From an uncultured virus (IMG/VR IMGVR_UViG_3300031227_011830) (lineage: Duplodnaviria; Heunggongvirae; Uroviricota; Caudoviricetes), in the IMG/VR virus record IMGVR_UViG_3300031227_011830: DNA of 64,000 nucleotides; one strand, given 5' to 3'. Position 1 is the first letter of the stretch. Every line of letters starts with the position of its first letter. The position numbers and the translations under genes were made by a program. Below the pieces are notes generated by a model, which saw only the letters and a list, made by a program, of their open reading frames with translations, made no database searches and had not been told where the DNA came from. Positions 49,901 through 58,510 of the stretch are shown piece after piece.

Positions 49901-50321
49901 CAGCAAGCATTTTGTGACCAAAATCGCGCTTCAAAAATGGGATAGCCTGCTCTGCACCAGGAACAACAGAAACTCTAATAAAGTCAGCGTATTCGAGAGA
50001 TTTCTCAATAAGTTTTGGAACGCCATTTCTCGCAGCTAATCCGTTAGTAAATAACACTATCTCTTTACATACACCTGATATCTTTAACATTTTCAACCCA
50101 TCATACAAAGATTTCCACAATAATGGTTCCCCGCCAGTAATAATAATTCTCTTGAACACATAACCCGCAAGCTTTGTAAAGTGTACAAAAGATTCAACAT
50201 CAGCCATCGTCATATCATAGTTAGATTCTTCCATCATCATCCAACGCACGCCACAATCTTTACAACGCGCATTACATGCTGAAGTAGTGTACAAATTTAA
50301 GTCTTCGCAAACAGCCATCAA
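43911..50321 (-). CDS. 2136-aa fusion: radical SAM + multiple glycosyltransferase domains (GT-A/GT2 and GT4)
   Basis: CNARCKDC and GGEPLL; AGSDD; two EPLVSVVIPCxNHA...LDADD...YEDWDFW GT2 domains; EGKPLCVAEA...GVPIV (GT4); C-terminal GT2 (GDDGS...GWGAEE). Confidence 0.85.
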   Translation of the reverse strand: MMAVCEDLNLYTTSACNARCKDCGVRWMMMEESNYDMTMADVESFVHFTKLAGYVFKRIIITGGEPLLWKSLYDGLKMLKISGVCKEIVLFTNGLAARNGVPKLIEKSLEYADFIRVSVVPGAEQAIPFLKRDFGHKMLAVERKSMLVVPNSPYDGVLPAVCDCAGYALRGSTVYWCSAMPNVIARHWYRREDFGNQIVDLCEDYLEVLPTKGKYERDICRSCISNHKVRKLIPSEPVILGGIGWRKNPEIVLLTAVWKRHSLTKFVLKRYGDIKERISDRFDLRLIAVGSEGNVSKELCEQCGFEYFEFPNLPLNHKWQHGLEQARKSNPDAVVIAGSDDLLSENYFEIIYAKSQEDDCLVGLNDLYFWDDKLDCLWYWEGYAKGTMAGGIDRHNEPIGLGRCFSRRVLEKCDWELWPKRERLNSGLDISCARHLGQLDIKYRAYKMSELDVSGMDIKAAQNLTPIGTYSDNLFLVDDLQTEDVLRSMNALDMWKERVDSKVSTTSSSYKHKIAGSDSIPVVAVESLQHEPLVSVVIPCYNHAHFLVRAVDSVVNQTFKNIEIIVVDDGSPDECSDVVRSLQAQYDDIDIILIGQPNRGLSGARNAGFRAARGKYVLPLDADDYIELDMLAKCIAAFKGNPEVGVVFTDVIKVFSRCEEYWSTEFDIEKIKGNNLLHSGSLIRRSVWETCGGYNESLKKGYEDWDFWLSCAEMDVKFVKVPEALVIYDQSHAGMRYDCYEIRQELHYEVCSNHAEFCRVPEDKLVAVESLQHEPLVSVVIPCWNHASYLERSVGSVMNQTLQDFEIIIVNDGSPDDCDEAVGQLWKQYSKDKIVLVEQSNQGLAAARNTGFRAARGKYVLPLDADDYIELDMLERCVAYMESQSDVGVVYTDVKVLEEDGKEGERIQCFKPQLITNINQICCTALVRKSVWQDTGGYDEKLREGYEDWDFWHSCVENGVKFAKVIGKLFVWDRTKPGSMSKTAEGLFDRIHARIRQNHPKMYGIVYDTEKPYIKVAVMNYNHKTDKLYQNHPKTYGIVYDTEKPYIKVVIMNHNQTEADRLYNQLSPIFDVSVFDSGSDADKVPKCVTHRYDNIYWTGCWNEAMRLFGRDYDVVWVVAADVELLDSPDSYKEAIEISFPFGCWSPSIVGDGRSAMKHSATGGKLCEVYNLEGICMAVSKKVTEAVPSLPAGNDIGWGQDLWLSYMARKIGLKNYLDGRIVVKHPDVSGYNRDEALIGMISMFNRLIGPNWRDEIRHWSNDFGHNLVQEVDGQLEVSESKTIELECEEDTPEMEESKGTIITIGSILPPNNLIEFVDLIMRVEGVKGIIYCGHDNNPSYLKLLRKYISRIKVDVEIRETEDVTDGDIALFTSCGKESINNSIVVRSMGIPIVCKHIANAGVHDIAHEKNGLIYTMPNWALRHINDLFAGKKLEGVPPRGQNKSGRFIFQGSSVQESHSHEHTSVQPDVITPSAIQHSKQIGPPSSGIAESKSTCISAKPSQKVKSQKSIAYVLPLFSLGGSEVHFRNLGREAQRRGYKVGMFAVSDMAQAPSKVNLDWADEVYEQSVSRVAPRFVSMKPELIERLRAYDVIHLANFFEHQRIELKKALPEKRFFETWHAANNIAAMYDDNDVKSDDVAEARFCVSKAVFDLMSKRCDNAIECACALEVPDKIAPLTGHNVVMVGRIEVNKNQTQFVEILSQVPGAKGILIGGHEEGYAAYMEMVKNRAKKLGVDLEITGFVEDVTERLLEADVMLFTSMREGKPLCVAEAQMLGVPIVSRVVGETLELVTRANISGFFYQDVPWAVKYVKELLADKDRARKIGLMDREARRQQYDAKNVFDVHEKHYFGESDRQSVSQLMIEAPKVEAPKVEAPKVEVSKSREVSGVSLIVSSYNQLERLKVLFESLKHQTVFPKEVIIGDDGSNDDTLAWLDSLSDGAFPFPIKYTTWEHNQYRLAAVNNMAANYATGERLVFTNGDLVFSSKVIESHAGLADGVIGAGVIDGIQDAAWRNIDESMLKDATELRKFASENASVYSNREWIERGDPNENFFGIWGGNFSISRAMFDKVTGFNNGYVGWGAEETEFVERALKSGAKAEWLMDAVSYHLDHPRKAYVFQQQGRKKYRIENLGMNKESI

Positions 50322-52447
50322 TTGCCCCTTTTGATTCGGCCTTGAATAACAAAAATGTGATTTACAGAGGAACGCACAACCGTAGTCTGATGAGCAATAT
50401 CAATTTTGCTGCTATATCGCTCGCACACTTCCTCAATGCTATTGAAACATCTTACGTGACTTTTTGTCATAAAATTGGGCACAGAAATGACTATATCGCT
50501 GCCAATAGGAAGCCCATTCAAAAGGCCCAAATCATCAATAATGTGTTCAAGAACTTCTAGAATGAGAATAACATCGCCTAAACGATAACCTTTCCATTCA
50601 AAAACATCTGCTTTAACAAACTCAAAGTCGGGAACGTATCTTGCTGATTCCGAAATGCGAACTTGAGAAAAATCAATGCCGATATAGCTTCGATAACCTT
50701 TATCACATAGCAGACGTGCAAGACGGCCTGTACCACAACCCAAGTCAACAATTCTACCAGACTCCTCTAAAACTGGCAATAATTCCACAACAGTCCTATA
50801 AAGTTCTTTCCACGGACTCTTCTCCAAAGGTAACAAAGCCAACTCAACGGCAGAATCATACCATTCTACGCCACATTCAGCAACATTTCCCATTTCCCGT
50901 TTGTGCACAGAATTGTCAATAGGTTTGTAGGGCTTCTTTTCTCTTACCTCGGATGCAATTCTTCTTTGCTCCTCACAACCCGCTCCTATTCCCATTCCAT
51001 TCAGGTTGTAAGTGTAGTGATAAAGCATCCTATCATAGAAAAACCATTTCGACCTGCCCGCCATCTCCAAAACAGGCAACATTATTACTTGGTCAATAGC
51101 CCGCTCATAGTAACTGCCATCCGCTTCACAAAAATCCTTCTTATCTATTGCATCATACAGGAACTTCTTGAATGATTTAAGGTGAGATGAAACCCACGGA
51201 TAACCCCTGACATCACAACTATCCAATAGGCCACAAGCCCCGCGATTCAACCATTCATCCTCGTATTGACTCCATACAACATCATAATCTTCATGGCAAC
51301 GCATCATCTGTGATATAGCATCTGTTCCTATCAGCCAATCATCCCCATCTACAAGAAAAATCACAGATTCCTCATTGGAGCAAAAACGAGAAACGGCAAC
51401 ATCGATGTTCTTTGTTTTAGGCTGCTTTTCTCTATTGGATAAAACAATAGTATCCTTTCTGCCCAGCAAAGCATCCAACCCCAATTCCAAAGAACCATCT
51501 GTCGAGGCGTCATCAACAAAGACTATTCCTAAATCTGGATAGTTCTGTCCAATAATAGACAACAAGCAATTGAAAAAATGGCATAGTGAATCTCTTTGAG
51601 TAACAACTATAATAGCTCTGTTAGACAGACTTCCAGATTTAAACACTTTGACCGCCTGCTGTTCTACCATTAGTTTGGCAGATTCTCTTTCATACACAGC
51701 CCACGGCTGCAACTCGCAGAAATGACATATTGTAGGTTCAACTAACTTAGTGCCTTTCAAAAACTGACATTTTGCAGACATTACATCTATATCGTGCTCT
51801 GAGCTTCCCAGGGTTGAAAACATAAGACTCTTACCAGAAACAACATTGGGCAGAGGCTCTATCCTATAATGAGCCATTGCAGTACATAAGATTGGCTCGT
51901 CTGCCCATTGTCCAGACAATCTCTTGAACTCCCACGACACTGCACTCCTCAAATCAGCAAAGTAATCGCGTGCCTTATCAAAAACAGCCTTAGCCTGCAA
52001 ACTATCATCAAAATAGATGATTCCAGAATTGGCTTTGACCATGTAATCAAGATCAAACAACTTTATTTGCGTTGCAACATCCATATTGCCCCACTGACCT
52101 TCATATACCTTTCTTCCTTGAACTGCAAAATGATAATTACTCAACTCATCCCAAAAGAAGTCAATATCATCCTTGACCATCAAACAATCACAATCGACAA
52201 AAAGTGTCCTCTCAAACGGGGAATATCTGTCTATCAAAATCTTATTAGTACAGCCCACCAGCTTGTCATCTCCCATCACTTGACTATAATTGAACAAGTC
52301 GTCATCAATATCAAAAGACATGTCATGCATCAAGCAAATAGGTCTGCCTGTATCACGTAGACGAATAGAAACAGCAAGATTGCATGCCATTTTATAATAC
52401 TTGACATCCCCTAGGGCTAAAATGAGATATCCTTCAGACAGAACCAT
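50318..52447 (-). CDS. GT8-like + GT2 + SAM methyltransferase fusion
   Basis: LFVDCD...NSG...DEP; VDDASTDG...VDGDD; VDLGCGTG...EVLEHI. Start taken at MVLSEGY. Confidence 0.8.
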   Translation of the reverse strand: MVLSEGYLILALGDVKYYKMACNLAVSIRLRDTGRPICLMHDMSFDIDDDLFNYSQVMGDDKLVGCTNKILIDRYSPFERTLFVDCDCLMVKDDIDFFWDELSNYHFAVQGRKVYEGQWGNMDVATQIKLFDLDYMVKANSGIIYFDDSLQAKAVFDKARDYFADLRSAVSWEFKRLSGQWADEPILCTAMAHYRIEPLPNVVSGKSLMFSTLGSSEHDIDVMSAKCQFLKGTKLVEPTICHFCELQPWAVYERESAKLMVEQQAVKVFKSGSLSNRAIIVVTQRDSLCHFFNCLLSIIGQNYPDLGIVFVDDASTDGSLELGLDALLGRKDTIVLSNREKQPKTKNIDVAVSRFCSNEESVIFLVDGDDWLIGTDAISQMMRCHEDYDVVWSQYEDEWLNRGACGLLDSCDVRGYPWVSSHLKSFKKFLYDAIDKKDFCEADGSYYERAIDQVIMLPVLEMAGRSKWFFYDRMLYHYTYNLNGMGIGAGCEEQRRIASEVREKKPYKPIDNSVHKREMGNVAECGVEWYDSAVELALLPLEKSPWKELYRTVVELLPVLEESGRIVDLGCGTGRLARLLCDKGYRSYIGIDFSQVRISESARYVPDFEFVKADVFEWKGYRLGDVILILEVLEHIIDDLGLLNGLPIGSDIVISVPNFMTKSHVRCFNSIEEVCERYSSKIDIAHQTTVVRSSVNHIFVIQGRIKRGN

Positions 52448-53024
52448 CAGACCCACCTTGCAGCAAATAATAACCATGTGGATTGTCACCCAAATTCTCA
52501 ACGTGCGATTCAATACTATCAAATTCATTATCATTCCAAATGGATAAATGAGCTTCGTTTATATTGCCATTCAAGAATCTTTCAGGACCATACCATGTGG
52601 GACCAATTGGGACCAACAACAAAAGCCACTTGCACTTTTTCAACATCTCGCCTATCAACCATAATGCCTGTAACTTCTCTATGTGTTCTATCACGTCAGC
52701 CGAAAAAATCATATCATAATCGCCCATTGTCTCGACAAGCTCGCAAATGTCTCCGATGTAGATTTTGTCATAAACCGCTTTCTGCGGTTTACCTATGTAA
52801 TCTTCAAAGATTTCCACGCCATCAATTTGAGATTCCCACTGATCAGGCAATGGGTGTCCATTAGAAGCATCAAGAGCTTCCCTAAAAAGATAACCCCATT
52901 TGCCGAATCCAATACCAACATCTAAAACAGACATTGGCTTATGTTTCCTTACCATCCGCATCACTCGCGGAACATGAATGCAATCAGACCAACACATTTT
53001 GAATCTCCCACTATTCACTCTCAT
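52434..53024 (-). CDS. Class I SAM methyltransferase
   Basis: VLDVGIGFGKWG, DVIEH. Confidence 0.85.
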   Translation of the reverse strand: MRVNSGRFKMCWSDCIHVPRVMRMVRKHKPMSVLDVGIGFGKWGYLFREALDASNGHPLPDQWESQIDGVEIFEDYIGKPQKAVYDKIYIGDICELVETMGDYDMIFSADVIEHIEKLQALWLIGEMLKKCKWLLLLVPIGPTWYGPERFLNGNINEAHLSIWNDNEFDSIESHVENLGDNPHGYYLLQGGSDGSV

Positions 53025-53697
53025 TCAAGAAAAGAGCAACATGCCGAAAATTACACTCAGTGTTTTCCCGAACAGATTCTAAAGGATCACCCATGTTGAA
53101 AGGAGAAATCTGCAAGTTCATTGGCCTATATCCTATCCCTTTTTCAATCGGAACATCCAAATCACTATTGGAACGTATTGCAGGAAATGTAGTTGTAAGA
53201 AGATAACGGCAACCACTCGATTTGAAATTGCCCAATACTTTCAGTATCCATTCATCAGGAAGATGAAACAAAAAGTCCCGACACAACAACAGGTCTGCTT
53301 TTCTAGGTATCTGCCTCACAGCATTGAACACCTCAAATCTATGATTTGGATATTTAGCTTGATTGGCTTCTATGATATCAGGGACAATGTCACAGCCCAT
53401 ATAATCCACATCACCAATATCAACATGACGCATCCAATTCCAGTCTCCGCACGGTATGTCATTCATCGAACGAATAGCATAACGCCTTATTACATCCTCC
53501 AAGTATTTTCTTATCTCATGAGTGTTTCTCAAAAAACTTCCATATCCACTCGCTGATTCTATTCTGCCGACATATTTACAATGAAACGAGTGCCACGATA
53601 ATTCTTGTTTATGTAAATCCATATCAATAGTCCAATCTGTATTTGCCACGTAACATCTGTTGAACATAATCGTGATAACCCAATTCAACCTCGCCAC
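53011..53697 (-). CDS. Class I SAM methyltransferase
   Basis: SGYGS, DIPCGDWNW, CRDFLFHL; the start is probably at MDLHK. Confidence 0.8.
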   Translation of the reverse strand: MARLNWVITIMFNRCYVANTDWTIDMDLHKQELSWHSFHCKYVGRIESASGYGSFLRNTHEIRKYLEDVIRRYAIRSMNDIPCGDWNWMRHVDIGDVDYMGCDIVPDIIEANQAKYPNHRFEVFNAVRQIPRKADLLLCRDFLFHLPDEWILKVLGNFKSSGCRYLLTTTFPAIRSNSDLDVPIEKGIGYRPMNLQISPFNMGDPLESVRENTECNFRHVALFLNESE

Positions 53698-54325
53698 CGA
53701 CTACACCTGGTATGCTGCGACGACTTGAAAACCATGTGTGCCATACCAAACCTGAATAATCGCAAGCATGTGGCGCGAAACGCCCGCCAAAATCCTCCCG
53801 ACAATACTCTACAAAACTCAAACGACCGCCTTCCTCAACCGCATCCAAACATAACTTCTCGCCAGTATCCCACTGCGGCCAATTGTGTTCGAAACTGTGC
53901 CTCTTGAGCCAATCTGTACGTGCAAATAAATAAGAAGGACATACATACTTCTCAAGAATGCGACCCCAATCCTTGCAAATACCCGCAATAGTAACATCAT
54001 CCTTATACAACCGTAAAGCTAACCCTATCCATTCCGGCGATACTGGATGAGCATCAGAACACAATGTGCAAATAATGCCTATATCTGCCATGCTTGAGAG
54101 AAAATCCAGAGCCTTGCCATGCCGCACAGAATTGTCCATTCCCTTGAATAAACGAACGTCTGCCTGCGCGTCCAACCATTCCAAAGAACCATCCGTAGAA
54201 CCGTTATCATAAACTAAGATTTCATAAGGAATGAGATGAGTATGCTCGCGTACCTTCTCTACACACAATCGAGTAAAAAAGTACGTATTATAGCTCACAA
54301 CGCATATCGAAACGCCATCCTGCAT
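53624..54325 (-). CDS. GT2 glycosyltransferase
   Basis: VSICVVSYN, YDNGSTDGS, HGKALD, DTG. Confidence 0.8.
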   Translation of the reverse strand: MQDGVSICVVSYNTYFFTRLCVEKVREHTHLIPYEILVYDNGSTDGSLEWLDAQADVRLFKGMDNSVRHGKALDFLSSMADIGIICTLCSDAHPVSPEWIGLALRLYKDDVTIAGICKDWGRILEKYVCPSYLFARTDWLKRHSFEHNWPQWDTGEKLCLDAVEEGGRLSFVEYCREDFGGRFAPHACDYSGLVWHTWFSSRRSIPGVVGGEVELGYHDYVQQMLRGKYRLDY

Positions 54326-54349
54326 TTCATACTCCTGTCATCTCTGAAG

Positions 54350-54967
54350 TTATGTTGTGATAACCTGAAAATGAGAAGACCACTTAGCCTGCAAACGTGC
54401 TCGATAATCCCAATAGTTGCCCCAAACAGCACCTTGCTTGGTAAACGTAGTTGAATGATGCTCAAAACGCTTCAAAGGCAATACCACAGATGCCCGACCA
54501 TGAGCACGCTGCTCATAACAGTAATCTTCAGCATACAAATGCAAGCCATTAAATGTCTTTTCGTCAAATCGCAATCCGTGTTCTTTGTCTATGATTATAC
54601 AACACGAATCCAACGAGGCTACTTCAATAGGCCTATCTATCTCATTCGACCACTGTATTACGTCAGCCCAATCAATACCAACTAATCCCATTGTACCAAC
54701 AGACGAACGATATACACTGTCAGCAACTTTAAGTATTTCCTCAGAAAAGCAAATATCAGGATGTGCGAACATCACAAATCGCGTATCCGACGCTTCAAGA
54801 ATCCGATTGAACACACTTGCGATGCAAATCGGACCTAAACTTCGCATCGCAACATACGGAACGCCTAATGACCTCAACGAAATCTCAAGGTCATTTTCAA
54901 GCACTCGCCTGTCTGTGTATATCGAAAAAATACTAATGTCTCGGCTAACCATCTTCCACCTTGGCAA
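54350..54967 (-). CDS. GT2-like glycosyltransferase
   Basis: FAHPD, LDSCC, FDE...HLYAEDYC. Confidence 0.75.
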   Translation of the reverse strand: MPRWKMVSRDISIFSIYTDRRVLENDLEISLRSLGVPYVAMRSLGPICIASVFNRILEASDTRFVMFAHPDICFSEEILKVADSVYRSSVGTMGLVGIDWADVIQWSNEIDRPIEVASLDSCCIIIDKEHGLRFDEKTFNGLHLYAEDYCYEQRAHGRASVVLPLKRFEHHSTTFTKQGAVWGNYWDYRARLQAKWSSHFQVITT

Positions 54968-55454
54968 TCATAACACCATTCTTGTATTGAGACGATGCCG
55001 TATCAACATCAAACTTGTAACGCTTGTCAATACTTTTAATTGCCTGCATAATCTCTTCAACAGTCGGCAGAAAGTTCCCAAAGTACTGAGTGTCATCTAT
55101 CAGAATCACATGGCGGTGCGGATGTCGTCTAAGATACCTAAGCTCGTCTAATAAAGGACATGCCTTTCTGTCCGCATTGTGAGCATCAAGCCATAAAAGG
55201 CAACGATCATTGATGCCATCCATCATTCGTGGAAATATCTCGGCTGAGTCCCCGCAATACAAATGAACATTTTCGCTTTCATTGAATCGCTCAAGGCATT
55301 TTGTGTGATACTCCAAAAGCAATTCAACGCTATGCACTTCATCGAAAATAGCCAAAGCTTTGACTATTGTGTTGCCTTGACGACTGCCCGTTTCAACAAA
55401 CACTCGACAACCATCTTGATGCTTCTTGAGAAAATCTACACTATCAATTGGCAC
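54945..55454 (-). CDS. Methyltransferase-like protein
   Basis: FVETGS, GDSAE, WLDAH, LIDD; AGGAG + GTG start at 55454. Confidence 0.7.
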   Translation of the reverse strand: MPIDSVDFLKKHQDGCRVFVETGSRQGNTIVKALAIFDEVHSVELLLEYHTKCLERFNESENVHLYCGDSAEIFPRMMDGINDRCLLWLDAHNADRKACPLLDELRYLRRHPHRHVILIDDTQYFGNFLPTVEEIMQAIKSIDKRYKFDVDTASSQYKNGVMIAKVEDG

Positions 55455-55465
55455 TGAAACGTCTC

Positions 55466-56045
55466 CTACTTTCTGGCAATGCCCCAACAATCAGAACCTA
55501 AAGTCACAGCAGTCACATCACCGTTCCGCGAACTAACCAATGGAATAAACAAGTCAAACTCCTTGACATAAAAAGAGTCTTTTTTGTCTGATATGTAGAC
55601 TGCGATTGTGGATAACCCAGCCTCCTGAAACATACAACCCATACCATCGGGTAAAAACCTAAATGTGTCTATCGGATAACTTGTGTTCAGCCCACATGAA
55701 CGGCGCAGTCAAAAACATATAGCTACCACTTTTCAATACTCTTGACATCTCCTTAACAAGCTTGAATGGATTCCTACAATGTTCTATAGTCTGACCCGAA
55801 ATCACGACATCAGCATATTCATCTTCCAAAGGTATTGTGAAATCGTCAGTCATAACAACATCCACATTATTACCCGCCGCTATGTCAACTCCAATATAAG
55901 TCCAATTAGACGGCAAAGCAGAACGATAAGAACCAACACCTACATCGCAACTACCTACATCAACCACAATCAAATTCTCTTCAAATCTATCACTTAAAAA
56001 CTTCCAAATGTTAGAAAACATCTCTGCAAAAGAAGAATCATGCAC
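55466..56045 (-). pseudogene. SAM methyltransferase with a 1-nt frameshift
   Basis: VDVGS...QTIEH...WAEHK, then an extra T near 55678; the +1 frame continues YPIDTFRFLPDG...DCWGIARK* and ends at the next gene's RBS. Confidence 0.75.
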
Positions 56046-56068
56046 AATTTTATATCCTTTGTGAACAA

Positions 56069-56980
56069 TTACTTGTAGGTGTCATCACCTAACCGTAAAA
56101 CCTTTCGCATCCCAAACATCACATCCATCAAAATGGCAGCAACCTCTTCTTCTCTGTCAAAACGATACTCATGACCATATTCGTTATCTAACAAAAACTC
56201 AGCACCGTTCGCTTCTTGTGTCTTCTGTTTTGCCCATCCAAAATGTTCCTCAAACTTGCAATCCGTAGATAACTGCCCACGAGTAAATCCGCCCTGATGA
56301 CATATCCTATCCCCATATACTAAACACATCGAACGATTCAATTCTGAATCCATGCCAAGAATAGATTTGGCACATCGTGTTACTCTATAACCATCTACTA
56401 GCCCGCCATTACTCCGAACCAACGCCGGAATCAATAAGCCAGTGTCATCACCGCCATTATATCGCATTATCTCATACTTGGAAAACAAATCTGTCGAATT
56501 TAACTGACAAGCAACGTGCGTGTTGTGCCAACATAACTGTGTCCTAATTCGAAACTCTAAACTGCCAAACTCTAAAGCCAAAGGCGGAGGAACAAAAGGA
56601 TGTAAAATGCCAACACATAATGCCCCGGATTCAAGCATTTTGAGTAAATTAGACAACCAATCATCAGCAATCGGAAAACAATCAGAATCCAAAGTCATTA
56701 CATACTTTGTCGAAATCTTGCTTGGAATGACCATATCAAGCATTTGACCATGAATACGACTTGATAACTTGGTAGAAATATCTGTGGGATTTGCAAAATT
56801 CAACTCGTGATTTGGAAACTGTGACAACAAATCTTCAGCATCAAACTCATCAGGCGAACCATGACATACTAACGACAATACAATGTCTTCTCGCGTATGC
56901 CGCCTAATACTGTCCAAACATACCTTTAGAATAGACTTTGTGCCTGTTTTGTAACAAACAACTATCGTTACGTCTGGCAT
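56069..56980 (-). CDS. GT2-like glycosyltransferase
   Basis: VTIVVCY, HGQMLD, TLDSDCFP, DDTG. Confidence 0.7.
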   Translation of the reverse strand: MPDVTIVVCYKTGTKSILKVCLDSIRRHTREDIVLSLVCHGSPDEFDAEDLLSQFPNHELNFANPTDISTKLSSRIHGQMLDMVIPSKISTKYVMTLDSDCFPIADDWLSNLLKMLESGALCVGILHPFVPPPLALEFGSLEFRIRTQLCWHNTHVACQLNSTDLFSKYEIMRYNGGDDTGLLIPALVRSNGGLVDGYRVTRCAKSILGMDSELNRSMCLVYGDRICHQGGFTRGQLSTDCKFEEHFGWAKQKTQEANGAEFLLDNEYGHEYRFDREEEVAAILMDVMFGMRKVLRLGDDTYK

Positions 56981-57564
56981 TCTTCATCCTCGACTTTGGG
57001 GTGAATAGCTTCAATTTCCTTTACCCTTTTGTCAACGATACTCTTCAGATAATTCGTAGCCATTATAGATACATTCTCTGGAACATCACGGAACTCAATA
57101 AGGTCCGCCGCTACCATTCTGTCATCAAATTGTGTCATCACCGGAGTAGATTTGCATTTCTTTTGACCATTTATGACTGTAACTGATAAAACTACTCTAA
57201 CTGTTCCATCATACTTCTCGTCCTTTGGAACAACCACGCCTCTACTAAAAAACGGAAGAACACGTTCATCTTGACTACAATCATACTTCTGACATTCTTT
57301 CGGATGAGCGCCCCAAATCTTACACTTTCGCTTCAACGGATCAAAATAGCAACAATGACCTGCCGATGTCTTTGCAACAACATATACGCCTCTACGAGCC
57401 AATACCTCATCATACTTGTACTTGTCTATCTCATCCTTTGCAAGACCTACACGGAATGAAGTACAACACATGTGACCATGCTTGCAATTGTCACAATCAA
57501 GATTTACCATATCATCCGGCATACTTTGACTCCTTGTGAACATTCTGCTTGCAATTATTGACAT
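56968..57564 (-). CDS. YkgJ-like Cys-cluster (Fe-S/Zn) protein
   Basis: CDNC...CC, CCYFD...CKIW..HPKECQKYDC. Confidence 0.7.
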   Translation of the reverse strand: MSIIASRMFTRSQSMPDDMVNLDCDNCKHGHMCCTSFRVGLAKDEIDKYKYDEVLARRGVYVVAKTSAGHCCYFDPLKRKCKIWGAHPKECQKYDCSQDERVLPFFSRGVVVPKDEKYDGTVRVVLSVTVINGQKKCKSTPVMTQFDDRMVAADLIEFRDVPENVSIMATNYLKSIVDKRVKEIEAIHPKVEDEECQT

Positions 57565-58170
57565 TTACAGATGAATCGCTAAACATTCAGGAACTTCAAT
57601 CCACTTGAAGCGATTGCCAAACTCCTCGTAAGTCTGACCATCCGTAAAATAACCTAACTCGCCTTGAAAACCTGCTTGTTTGAACACTTCTGTTCTTATC
57701 ATTATCTGTAACGTGTCAATGTGATACAACTTCGGCGGAACCCCAGTCAAAACCTTGGGAGGCTTGCCCCAAAAGTCCTGTAAAGGCCCAAAATGCAATA
57801 TGCGACATATCGCCCACGGCTCGTCATTCTCGGCTGATTCCAAAGCTTCAACCATTCTCGCAAGATACGAAGGCATAATCACATTGTCGTCATCATAAAA
57901 AACTAAATAATCCCCAGTTGCATTCTCAACCATCTCCTTGCGTACGCCATATCCATAATCATTGTGAGCTTTTGAAGTGTGATGGTAAGTCAACTTTTCA
58001 CTTTCTTCAGCCAAAACAAGCGAGTGAATAGGGCTCTCAAACTCACCATCTGAGCAAAGAATGTGCTCCCAATTCTCATAAGTCTGCTCACGAACACATC
58101 CAATGCAACGAGCGACAATACGAGGCTCGCGATGTAACGTAGGCGTGATAATCGAAACTTTAGCACTCAA
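57565..58170 (-). CDS. GT2 glycosyltransferase
   Basis: VSIITPT, QTYENWE, FYDDDN. Confidence 0.8.
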   Translation of the reverse strand: MSAKVSIITPTLHREPRIVARCIGCVREQTYENWEHILCSDGEFESPIHSLVLAEESEKLTYHHTSKAHNDYGYGVRKEMVENATGDYLVFYDDDNVIMPSYLARMVEALESAENDEPWAICRILHFGPLQDFWGKPPKVLTGVPPKLYHIDTLQIMIRTEVFKQAGFQGELGYFTDGQTYEEFGNRFKWIEVPECLAIHL

Positions 58171-58183
58171 CGATAGCTCTCCT

Positions 58184-58510
58184 TTACCAATTCACTTCTT
58201 TTGCCCCACCAGGACTGTTAGGCGGTCCACCATCCGCATAATACTCTATCAACTTTTTCGCCTGCTTAGGTTCTATCACGCCAGTTATACCAGATTGTAT
58301 GTTAGCCTCAATGTTCTTGGCACAATCAAGTATAGACCTGCCAGAAAACGCCGCCGGCCCGCTACCGCCTAACATGGTAAAACGTATGCCATCATTGCCT
58401 TTGCAATGAGGACAAAAAAGTTCTACTGAATCAACACGATAAACACATTCGCCAAAAACATCATCCTTTGTCTTGGTTTTTACTTTGATACACTGTCCTA
58501 CGTCAAACAT
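58184..58510 (-). CDS. Hypothetical protein
   Basis: 108-aa ORF with CPHC. Confidence 0.55.
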   Translation of the reverse strand: MFDVGQCIKVKTKTKDDVFGECVYRVDSVELFCPHCKGNDGIRFTMLGGSGPAAFSGRSILDCAKNIEANIQSGITGVIEPKQAKKLIEYYADGGPPNSPGGAKEVNW

